DNA from: Octopus sinensis
Lineage: Eukaryota
Assembly: GCF_006345805.1 (NCBI RefSeq)
Contig: NW_021836179.1
Span: forward strand, 1 to 64,000
DNA length: 64,000 nt
Reading direction: 5' to 3'
The notes under the pieces: generated by a model
Told to the model about the DNA's origin: nothing
Database searches by the model: none
The model's input: only the letters and a program-made list of their open reading frames with translations
Translations under genes and position numbers: made by a program
Shown here: positions 50,185 to 61,766 of the stretch, piece by piece
How the letters are laid out: each line of letters begins with the position of its first letter
Position numbering within the stretch: position 1 is the first letter of the stretch

Positions 50185-50603
50185 TGGCGATCTTTCATCT
50201 CTAGTAGACCTTTTCGTCGATTTCTGTAAAAAAATCTTTTTTTTTACACATGGGCTTGCGGGAACTTTTGAAGTAATATACATACATATACACATACACC
50301 GAGTAAAAAATTTCAGTTATCTCTCTCTTTCACACATTACTCTCACTGTCTCTTCACACACACTAACAGAAGCACTTCACTTACACAACATACTGCCTGT
50401 CTCCCACACCACATTAAACATACATATACATCAATGCTTGCCATGCACGGTAACTTCAAAAGAACTTCCCTCGTCATACAATCGCTTTCTCTTAGTCTCT
50501 TTCGCTCTCATTACTTCAAAAGTTCCCGCAAGCCCATATGTAAAAGAAAAAAAAAATTTTACGGAAATCGACGGAAAGGTCTACTAGAGACGAAAGATCG
50601 CCA
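50185..50603. mobile_element. MITE (unit 5 copy)
   Basis: Same terminal inverted repeats as 43364-43783. Confidence 0.85.
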
Positions 50604-51453
50604 TTTCCCCTTTTGACACCCGATTTGTGTAATTTTCTCTTGAGTCCTTTAATCGTTTAATAATGTATATTTTGTGAGTAAATTTAGGGCATAACTACAG
50701 AAATGCGGGATCCTTTCGGTTTGGGGAGTTACCAAAATTGAAATTGCAAAAATGTTTATATCATTGTTCTGTGACCCTAACCACATCTTTTCAGGGAGTT
50801 CTCAAAAATGAAGCCCCAAAAATCAAAATATTATTCCCCGCCTAACCTGAACTCATCATATATATATATATAGAGAGAGAGAGATAGATAGAGATATGTA
50901 TATATGTGCGTGCATGAGTAATGTTACACAATGTTAAAGAGTAGTTGTAGTTTACAAATTTTTACATTTCACCCAATGTTATATGATGTCATTTGTTAAT
51001 TAATAAAGAAATATTGTAACATTTCTCTTTTGATCTCTCCTCTCTATCTAATTCTGTTTCTTTATTATTTCAGATTTACGGATGACATGGCATCAAAGAA
51101 ATTTTCTTTTATAATGAATACATCTTCAACATTTTTCATCTTTTAAAGTCTTGAGGAAAAGTTTACACAGAACGCATCTAAGCCTATTTCTATAAATCTT
51201 TGGTAGAAATTCTATGAAATGTTTGCTCAGAACTGAGATTAATAGCAACATTTTTCTATTTCATTAGCTGATGCTTTGCATTCTCGTTACTCTTTGATGA
51301 CTTTCTAAATTTATAGCATCTTTAGATATCAGTGAAGTTTGCAGTGGAAATATTTGTAAGGAATAAACTATAAAAAGAAGGATAAAGATAGGAGTAAAAT
51401 TTTAACGTGGTGAGAAAGGCCAAGGATTGGGTCTATTTTGATTCCTCAGAGAA

Positions 51454-52734
51454 ATGCTGAAAAATATGCGAAGATCATTGTATCGTTGTGATATCTATGG
51501 TAAATCAACCACTAGAAGTGATTTCTTAGATAGACACAAGCGTACTCACACAGGAGAAAAACCATATCACTGTGATATCTGTGGTAAATCATACACTCAA
51601 AGCTATGACTTAACTAAACACAAATGTATTCATTCCAGAGAGAAGCCATTTCGCTGTGATATTTGTGGTAAATCCTTCACACAAAGCAATAACTTAACTA
51701 ATCACAAACGTGTTCATACAGGAGAGAAGCCATTTCACTGTGATATTTGTGGTAAATCCTTCACTCAAAGCGGTGGCTTAACTAATCACAAACGTGTTCA
51801 TACAGGAGAAAAACCGTTTCAGTGTGATATCTGTGGTAAATCATTCTCTCAAAATTGTGTGTTAACTACTCACAAGCGTCTTCACACAGGAGAGAAACCA
51901 TATCACTGTGATATTTGTGGTAAATCATTCTCTAAAAATTGTCATTTAACTCCTCACAAACGTATTCATACAGGAGAGAAACCATATCACTGTGATGTCT
52001 GTGGTAAATCATTCTCTCACAGAAGTGCCTTAATTATACACAAACGTGTTCATACAGGAGAGAAGCCATTTTGCTGTGATATTTGTGGTAAATCCTTCAC
52101 TCAGGGCAATGACTTAACTAAACACAAACGTGTTCATACAGGAGAGAAGCCATCTCGCTGTGATATTTGTGGTACATCATTCTCTCACAGAAGTGCCTTA
52201 ATTATACACAAACGTGTTCATACAGGAGAGAAGCCATTTCGCTGTGATATTTGTGGTAAATCCTTCACTCAAAGCGGTGGCTTAACTTCTCACAAACGTG
52301 TTCATACCGGGGAGAAACCATATCACTGTGATATCTGTGGTAAATCATTCTCTAAAAACAGTAGCCTAACTACACACAAACGCATTCACACAGGGGAAAA
52401 ACCATTTCACTGTGATGTCTGTGGGAAATCATTCTCTGTAAGCAGTAGTTTAATTGGACACAAACGAATTCATACAGGAGAAAAGCCTTATCACTGTGAT
52501 ATCTGTGATAAATCATTCTCTCGAAGCAATCACTTAGCTAAACACATATGTATTCATACAGGAGTGAAACCATATCAGTGTGATGTCTGTGGGAAAACAT
52601 TCTCTGATAGAAGTGCCTTAACTAGACACAGACGTATTCATACAGGAGAGAAACCATTTCACTGTGATATCTGTGGTAAATCATTCTCTCGAAATTATCG
52701 ATTAACTTCTCACAAACGTATTCATACAGGATAG
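51454..52734 (+). CDS. C2H2 zinc-finger protein type 2, 15 finger repeats (426 aa), unit 5
   Basis: Intact ORF; differs from unit 4 by K7R and by C>Y in finger 1. Confidence 0.93.
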   Translation: MLKNMRRSLYRCDIYGKSTTRSDFLDRHKRTHTGEKPYHCDICGKSYTQSYDLTKHKCIHSREKPFRCDICGKSFTQSNNLTNHKRVHTGEKPFHCDICGKSFTQSGGLTNHKRVHTGEKPFQCDICGKSFSQNCVLTTHKRLHTGEKPYHCDICGKSFSKNCHLTPHKRIHTGEKPYHCDVCGKSFSHRSALIIHKRVHTGEKPFCCDICGKSFTQGNDLTKHKRVHTGEKPSRCDICGTSFSHRSALIIHKRVHTGEKPFRCDICGKSFTQSGGLTSHKRVHTGEKPYHCDICGKSFSKNSSLTTHKRIHTGEKPFHCDVCGKSFSVSSSLIGHKRIHTGEKPYHCDICDKSFSRSNHLAKHICIHTGVKPYQCDVCGKTFSDRSALTRHRRIHTGEKPFHCDICGKSFSRNYRLTSHKRIHTG

Positions 52735-54149
52735 AGGCCTTTTCGCTGTGATTTCTGTGGTAAATCATTCTCTAGGAAACGTTACTTAACTGGACATGTA
52801 TCTATCCATACAAGAATTTGACTGTATTATTTATCAAATGCCTTTGCAGCACACAGCAACAGACATTTTAAAACCCTTTCTCCTTGTGGGCATTGTCAGT
52901 AACTGATGAACCCTTGGTAACATTCATAATCATCAGGGTTCCTTTTTGAGGTATTGTTAATGATGCCAACCCTTTTTGTAAGCACTTACCTGGGATACAC
53001 ATAGTTATGCTGGGCACAGGTATTTGTTAGAATTGTGTGTAGAAAATAATTTGTATAACCATAAATATTGCCACTTTAGGAAGCACTAGATTAGACAATT
53101 GTGAGGAGTGGAAACAGTGATGTGCAGATATATATAGTTGTGTGTGTAGCAGAATGTAGCAGACACGAGAGGCCCATTGATATTAAAGCTGAAATCTAAA
53201 AGAGGAGAAACGTGTGAGGCAGTGCAGCATCATGAGAGCAGATGGTGGAGAAATCCAGGTGAACATCTTTTAGAGTAACTGGGTTTTTAGCAAGACACAA
53301 TTTCTTGCATACTGAAAATATATACTCCATGAAGAAGATTGTGAAATCATGTGGAGGTGACGTGGTTAAATAAATATGTCTTCAACACTGAAACTTGCTG
53401 ACTTGGTTTTTATATGTACCTAAATATGTATGTTTGATTGCTTCTCGTTTATTAATTGCATCCAAGGTCTTTGTTGATGCTGGGCTTTGATCTTTGTTTG
53501 CTTGTTTATTTCAGCTTGCTTCTTATTCCTCTGTGTCAATTTGCTTCTGATGAAGCAATTAGATGAACAAAGCTGCTCTTCTTTGTGTTTCTCTAGGCTG
53601 TGGGTTCGTTTAGTATCTCAGATAAAAAGTTGAATACGTCATTAGAGCACATCCAACCCTAAGCTTAATAAATCTTTCTGGTTTTGTGTCGAGATATTGA
53701 AAAGCTGAGGGCCCTGGAAACCCTAAACCGTTGCAGTATTGGATTCTTACCCAAGATGGAAAGTCCAAGGTGTTTGGTATGATGTAGTGGCGTTCAGTCC
53801 AGGTGTTACTATAGGTTTCATTATCAAAGTTAGGGGTAGACCTTAAAAACTGTATATATCTATATACAGCGGGCTTCTTACAGTTTCCGTCATCCAAATC
53901 CACAGACAAGGCTTCGGCTGGCCCGAGGCTATAGTAGAAGCTTACCCAAGGTGCCAAGCAGTGGAACTGAACCGGGGAACCATGTGATTGATAAGCAAGC
54001 TACTTACCACACAATTTTTTTATTAAATGCTTCAAATTGTGTAGATAACAATTATATAGGAATTTGTTGGGGTAAAACACAACCTGGAGTAGGGGTGGGC
54101 AATTCACAGATTTTGTGAAAACGTATGAGGAAATAAAGATGTGTGAATT

Positions 54150-54555
54150 AGCCAAAACTCCTGTCCCCTCATCCTGAAAATGTTTCTCACAAGTGGTAGA
54201 AATAGACGAGATGGTCTTGTCATCTGTGCCTGGGTTAGAGGTAAGGTGCCTCATTTGGGATGCCACACTCTGCTACTCCTTTGCTCCTTCTCACATCCTG
54301 GATGCTGCAGTTAATGGCAGGGTCACTGCTTCCGTAGCCGAATGGAAGAAAACCCTGAGGTATCGGGACCTGACAGTGAACTATCTCTTCCACCTTGTGG
54401 TGTTTGAGACATTCAGAGGGACTAGGCCATTATCCATGAAGTTCTTGTCAACATTGGCAGGCGATGCCCTTGTGGGTGCATGGTTTTTCTTAACACCTTA
54501 GCCTCGCTGTCACCTGTAGTAATACTGGGAGGATGCTGGATTGCTTTAGTAGGTT
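54150..54555 (+). mobile_element. CRE-like endonuclease fragment (unit 5 copy)
   Basis: Paralog of 31245-31650. Confidence 0.55.
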
Positions 54556-57007
54556 CTATCAAACCTTGTGGCGTGCAACCAGCTGCTGTGATAAAATAAA
54601 TACCTCCAAATATGCTGCAAATCCCTTATTTTGGTTAACAAAAATCTGGGTAAGTTCCCCCCTTTTTTTCATGCAGGTGAAAAGATCAGAGAGGGTTGGG
54701 TGAGATTTCTGAGGCTTCCACCTCACTCCACTCCGTTTTACGGACCCCAAAAAGAGTTTTGTAGCATATTAGGTCACAGGAATTCATTCAAGAAAAAAAA
54801 CCCCACAAAAATATCCAATGATTCCGAAATGGGAAGGGGTGACCCTATCTTCTTGTTTTCCAAACCAATATAAGGGACGTGGAGCATCTTATTAGGTCAG
54901 GGTACTTGATTCCACCCCAAAAATCCAAGTTTTGTCTTTTTTCTCTTAGTGAAAATCATGCGGTTGTTAATCTTGGAATTGAATGGGAAAAGCAGGCTCT
55001 TCATCCAGTTCCCCTCTCTACCTCCCCTTATTCTCCTCACCATTCCCATCACCTCCTGCACCCCACCCGACTCTCACTTTGTCCAGCTTCTATTTTGTAA
55101 TTTTATGAATGCATAAAACATTAATAGAAGAAAACACTTTCATTTCATTTCTTGTTATGGGTCGGGGGAGGAGGTGGGGTTTTTGTTTTTGTTTTGTATA
55201 TTTTGAAAAATTAGAATTTACATTTTTTTTTGTTTTTTTCAGAATCGTAATCTCCTTATTTTTCTACAAATTTCACCAGAAAAATTTTGTTCTTGGTAGA
55301 AAATTCAAGAAATTGCGTTGGGAGATGAAAAAATTTTTAATGCAGATTGTTTTTGCAGATTTGGAATCAACGAACTCGATATCGTGGGTTCCTGTAAAAA
55401 CAAAACCCAAAAAACATCGGAAAGAGGGTGCGGTCCATTGTCTTTCCCCACGCCGTAAACGGAACCCTTCCCCCTTTATTTCAGGGAAAAGTAAAAGAAC
55501 GAAGGAAAGGGATATGGGACTGAAATTTTGATGTTGGGATTGTTGAAAGAATCTTTTCCAGAATCGAAATTTCCATGGCCTAAAAACATGGGATTCCGGA
55601 GAAAAGAAAAACAAAAAGGAATTTGAAAGCCGGGAAGGGCTCCGTTTCGATCTTTGCTATAGTTGAGGGTCGATGGTGGAAAAAGTTTGTCGACCCCTGT
55701 TAAAGGGTAGGGAACAGCACCTGCTGTGTTTCTAATCATATGTCCGTTTAATGAACAAACATACGATTATATGCATTCTAATGCTAAGATGTAATGATGT
55801 CAGAAATATTTGGCTGCTATTTTTAGCAGGTTCAGTGACCATGCGCAGACACTCTTGTTGAGACGTAATTACTATTTAGCTGGATGCGGTTTTTATCATT
55901 TACCTTGGGTGAGATGCAATTAAAGGTGTGAATTAATATAATTTTAACGTCTCTTCGTGTTATATTGGGGACTTTTAATATATGTCACCGGTGTCGTTCA
56001 ACCGCGGGAATAATTATCAACAGCTTCTACACGTGCTTCTAATTAAGACGAATCTAATTATATCAGATGTAGTAATACCTCGTGTTCAGGTGAACGTTGA
56101 TCTCTATGAATAACACGAAGCGACTTACATGATTTGTGATTTAATATTTCTCTTGATCACAGCTTTAGTTGGTTGATCCCTATTTTACAGGAAAGGGGGC
56201 AAAAAACTTTGAATCGAGGAACTTTGCTCGCCCTTCTTCATATTTCATTTGTACCTTAGATCGAAAGCACGAATTGTTTGTATGCCCCTTTGTCGCAAAT
56301 ATTGTGCGCATTTCTACTATCCATGGTGGGAAAAACAAACTGGATTTCAAGAAAGGATCCTGGTCAGATCAACAAGTATTCTAATGGTAAGTGAAAAAAT
56401 ATATCTACATAGCATTTGTTGTACACTTGTTAACGGAGGTGTGTGATATCTAAGACAAGAAACTGAACCATAGGAGGTTAGTCTATATCTACAGACATTT
56501 GTCAGCTTTTTAAGTATTCCTGAAGACAAGCAGGAAGACCTCCCTCACAACGGCTTTCCTTTTGGTAAACGATATTTCCCCTTTTGACACCCGATTTTCT
56601 TTTGAGTCCTTTAATCGTTTAATAATGTATATTTTGTGAGTAAATTTAGGGCATAACTACAGAAATGCGGGATCCTTTCGGTTTGGGGAGTTACCAAAAT
56701 TGAAATTGCAAAAATGTTTATATCATTGTTCTGTGACCCTAACCGTATCTCGGTACTAGTCTTGGAGACTGGACCCGGTGCGCGCAGATGCGCATCCGCG
56801 CTTGCGAGTCGTAGGTTGTCGATTCTACAGCGACTTGCGTATGCAAATGAGCTGATTGGCGCAACACTGCAAAAACTAACTTAATAGCGAGCCCCTACTG
56901 GAGCTTAGGAAATATTTTCCAACGATATACGGTGTATATTATTTTAAAGACAAATGCGTTTTTTTTTTTCGTTAGAAAACAATTAGAAGCATTGAAAAAC
57001 ATTTTTT

Positions 57008-57426
57008 TGGCGATCTTTCATCTCTAGTAGACCTTTTGTCGATTTCTGTAAAAAAATCTTTTTTTTTACACATGGGCTTGCGGGAACTTTTGAAGTAATA
57101 TACATACATATACACATACACCGAGTAAAAAATTTCAGTTATCTCTCTCTTTCACACATTACTCTCTCTGTCACTTCACACACACTAACAGAAGCACTTC
57201 ACTTACACAACATACTGCCTGTCTCCCACACCACATTAAACACACATATACATCAATGCTTGCCATGCACGGTAACTTCAAAAGAACTTCCCTCATCATA
57301 CAATCGCTTTCTCTTAGTCTCTTTCGCTCTCATTACTTCAAAAGTTCCCGCAAGCCTATATGTAAAAAAAAAAAAAAAATTTTACGGAAATCGACGGAAA
57401 GGTCTACTAGAGACGAAAGATCGCCA
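57008..57426. mobile_element. MITE (unit 6 copy)
   Basis: Same terminal inverted repeats as 43364-43783. Confidence 0.85.
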
Positions 57427-58283
57427 TTTCCCCTTTTGACACCCGATTTGTGTAATTTTGTTTTGAGTCCTTTAATCGTTTAATAATGTATATTTTGTCA
57501 GTAAATTTAGGGCATAACTACAGAAATGCGGGATCCTTTCGGTTTGGGGAGTTACCAAAATTGAAATTGCAAAAATGTTTATATCATTGTTCTGTGACCC
57601 TAACCACATCTTTTCAGGGAGTTCTCAAAAATGAAGCCCCCAAAAATCAAAATATTATTCCCTTCCAACCTGAACTCATCATATATAAATTTATATATAT
57701 ATGTGTATATAGATAGATATAGATATGTATATATGTGCATGCATGAGTAATGTTACACAATGTTAAAGAGTAGTTGTAGTTTACAAATTCTTACATTTCA
57801 CCCAATGTTATATGATGTCATTTGTTAATTAATAAAGAAATATTGTAACATTTCTCTTTTGATCTCTCCTCTCTATCTAATTCTGTTTCTTTATTATTTC
57901 AGATTTACGGATGACATTGGCATCAAAGAAATTTTCTTTTATAATGAATACAATTTCAACATTTTTCATGTTTTAAAGTCTTGAGGAAAAGTTTACACAG
58001 AACGCATTGAAGCCTATTTCTATAAATCTTTGGTAGAACTTCAATGAAATGTTTGCTCTGAACTGAGATTAATAGCAACATTTTTCTATTTCATTAGCTG
58101 ATGCTTTGCATTCTCGTTACTCTTTGATGACTTTCTAAATTTATAGCATCTTTAGATATCAGTGAAGTTTGCAGTGGAAACATTTGTAAGGAATAAACTA
58201 TAAAAAGAAGGATAAAGATAGGAGTAAAAGTTTAATGTGGTGAGAAAGGCCAAGGATTGGGTCTATTTTGATTCCTCAAAGAA

Positions 58284-59983
58284 ATGCTGAAAAATACTCG
58301 AAAATCATTGTATCGTTGTGATATCTGTGGTAAATCAACCACTAGAAGTGCTGCCTTAGATAGACACAAGCGTACTCACACAGGAGAGAAACCATATCAC
58401 TGTGATATTTGTGGTAAATCTTTCACTCAAAGCAATAACTTAACTATACACAAACTTGTTCATACAGGAGAGAAACCATATCACTGTGATATTTGTGGTA
58501 AATCATTCTCTCACAGAAGTGCCTTAACTAAACACAAACTTGTTCATACAGGAGAGAAGCCATTTCGCTGTGATATTTGTGGTAAATCCTTCACTAAAAG
58601 CAATGACTTAACTAAACACATACGTGTTCATACAGGAGAGAAGCAATTTCACTGTGATATCTGTGGTAAATCCTTCACTCAGAGTAATAGTTTAACTAGA
58701 CACAGGCGTATTCACACAGGAGAAAAACCATTTCCCTGTGATGTCTGTGGTAAATCATTCTCTGACAAAAGTGCCTTAATTGTACATAAACGTGTTCATA
58801 CAGGGGGAAACCATTTCGCTGTGATGTTTGTGGCAAATCATTCATTGCAAGTGGTGACTTAAATATACACAGACGTATTCACACAGGAGAGAATCCGTTT
58901 CACTGTGATATCTGTGGTAAATCATTCTCTCGAAGCAATCACTTAACTAATCACAAACTTGTTCATACAGGAGAGAAACCATACCACTGTGATATCTGTG
59001 GTAAATCATTCTCTCAAAATTGTCAATTAACTTATCACAAACGCATTCATACAGGAGAGAAACCATACCACTGTGATATCTGTGGTGAATCATTCTCTCA
59101 AAGCAATCACTTAACTAAACACAGACGTATTCACACAGGAGAGAAACCATTTCACTGTGATATCTGTGGTAAATCATTCTCTCAAAATTATCATTTAACT
59201 TCTCACAAACGGGTTCATACAGGAGAGAAACCATACCACTGTGATATCTGTGGTGAATCATTCTCTCAAAGTGATACTTTAAATAAACACAGGCGTATTC
59301 ATACAGGAGAAAAGCCGTATCACTGTGATATCTGTGGTAAATCATTCTCACAAAATTGTCAATTAACTTCTCACAAACGTATTCATACAGGGGAAAAGCC
59401 ATTTTGCTGTGATGTCTGTGGTAAATCATTCTCTCGAAGCAATCACTTAACTAATCACAAACTTGTTCATACAGGAGAGAAACCATACCACTGTGATATC
59501 TGTAGTAAATCATTCTCTCAAAATTGTCAATTAACTTATCACAAACGCATTCATACAGGAGAGAAACCATACCACTGTGATATCTGTGGTGAATCATTCT
59601 CTCAAAGCAATCACTTAACTAAACACAGACGTATTCACACAGGAGAGAAACCATTTCACTGTGATATCTGTGGTAAATCATTCTCTCAAAATTATCATTT
59701 AACTTCTCACAAACGGGTTCATACAGGAGAGAAACCATACCACTGTGATATCTGTGGTGAATCATTCTCTCAAAGTGATACTTTAAATAAACACAGGCGT
59801 ATTCATACAGGAGAAAAGCCGTATCACTGTGATATCTGTGGTAAATCATTCTCACAAAATTGTCAATTAACTTCTCACAAACGTATTCATACAGGGGAAA
59901 AGCCATTTTGCTGTGATGTCTGTGGTAAATCATTCTCTCAAAATTGTCGTTTAACTTCTCACAAACGTATTCATACAGAATAG
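58284..59983 (+). pseudogene. C2H2 zinc-finger gene type 1, 20 fingers if repaired (566 aa); 1-nt deletion at about 58806, unit 6
   Basis: ACAGGGGGAAACCA versus ACAGGGGAGAAACCA in units 2 and 3. As written it yields 192 aa with 6 fingers; the shifted frame stays open to TAG 59981-59983. Confidence 0.82.
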
Positions 59984-61360
59984 AGGCCTTTTTGCTGTGA
60001 TTTCTGTGGTAAATCATTCTCTGAGAAACGTTACTTAATTGCACACGTATCTATCCATACAAGAATTTGACTGTATTATTTATGAAATGTCTTTACAGCA
60101 CACAGCAACAGACATTTTAAAACCCTTTCTCCTTGTGGGCATTGTCAGTAAGTGATGAACCCTTGGTAACATTCATAATCATGCCAACCCTTTTTGTAAG
60201 CACTTACCTGGGATACACGTAGTTTTGCTGGGCACAGGTATTTGTTAGAATTGTGTGTAGAAAATAATTTGTATAACCATAAATATTGCCACTTTAGGAA
60301 GCACTAGATTAGACAATTGTGAGGAGTGGAAACAGTGATGTGCAGATAAATATAGTTGTGTGTGTAGCAGACACAAGAGGCCCATTGATATTAAAGCTGA
60401 AATCTAAAAGAGGAGAAACGTGTGAGGCAGTGCAGCATCATGAGAGCAGATGGTGGAGAAATCCAGGTGAACATCTTTTAGAGTAACTGGGTTTTTAGCA
60501 AGACACAATTTCTTGCATACTGAAAATATATACTCCATGAAGAAGATTGTGAAATCGTGTGGAGGTGACGTGGTTAAATAAATATGTCTTCAACACTGAA
60601 ACTTGCTGACTTGGTTTTTATATGTACCTAAATATGTATGTTTGATTGCTTCTCGTTTATTAATTGCATCCAAGGTCTTTGTTGATGCTGGGCTTTGATC
60701 TTTGTTTGCTTGTTTATTTCAGCTTGCTTCTTATTCCTCTGTGTCAATTTGCTTCTGATGAAGCAATTAGATGAACAAAGCTGCTCTTCTTTGTGTTTCT
60801 CTAGGCTGTGGGTTCGTTTAGTATCTCAGATATAAAGTTGAATACATCGTTAGAGCACATCCAACCCTACGCTTAATAAATCTTTCTGGTTTTGTGTCGA
60901 GATATTGAAAAGCTGTGGGCCCTGGAAACCCTAAACCGTTGCAGTATTGGATTCTTACCCAAGATGGAAAGTCCAAGGTGTTTGGTACGATGTAGTGGCG
61001 TTCAGTCCAGGTGTTACTATAGGTTTCATTACCAAATTTAGGGGTAGACCATAAAAGCTGTATATATCTATATACAGCGGGCTTCTTACAGTTTCCGTCA
61101 TCCAAATCCACTCACAAGGCTTCAGCTGGCCAGAGGCTATAGTAGATGAAACTTCCCCAAGGTGCCAAGCATTGGAACTGAACCGGGGAACCATGTGATT
61201 GATAAGCAAGCTACGTACCACACAATTTTCTTTTTAAATGCTTCAAATTGTGTAGATTATAATTATATAGGAATTTGCTGGGGGTAAACACTACCTGGAG
61301 TAGGGGTGGGCAATTCAGAGACTTTGTGAAAACGTATGAGGAAATAAAGATGTGTGAATT

Positions 61361-61766
61361 AGCCAAAACTCCTGTCCCCTCATCCTGAAAATGTTTCTCA
61401 CAAGTGGTAGAAATAGACCAGATGGTCTTGTCATCTGTGCCTGGGTTAGAGGTAAGGTGCCTCATTTGGGATGCCACACTCTGCTACTCCTTTGCTCCTT
61501 CTCACATCCTGGATGCTGCAGTTAATGGCAGGGTCACTGCTTCCGTAGCCAAATGGAAGAAAACCCTGAGGTATCGGGACGTGACAGTGAACTATCACTT
61601 CCACCTTGTGGTGTTTGAGACATTCAGAGGGACTAGGCCATTATCCATGAAGTTCTTGTCAACATTGGCAGGTGATGCCCGTGTGGGTGCATGGTTTTTC
61701 TTAACACCTGAGCCTCGCTGTCACCTGTAGTAATACTGGGAGGATGCTGGATTGCTTCAGTAGGTT
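61361..61766 (+). mobile_element. CRE-like endonuclease fragment (unit 6 copy)
   Basis: Paralog of 31245-31650. Confidence 0.55.

Noticed and set aside
8593-60044. Antisense ORFs over ZNF exons ([16 protein letters not shown]...)
   Set aside because: They are shadows of the 84-bp finger repeat on the opposite strand, with no independent coding signal.
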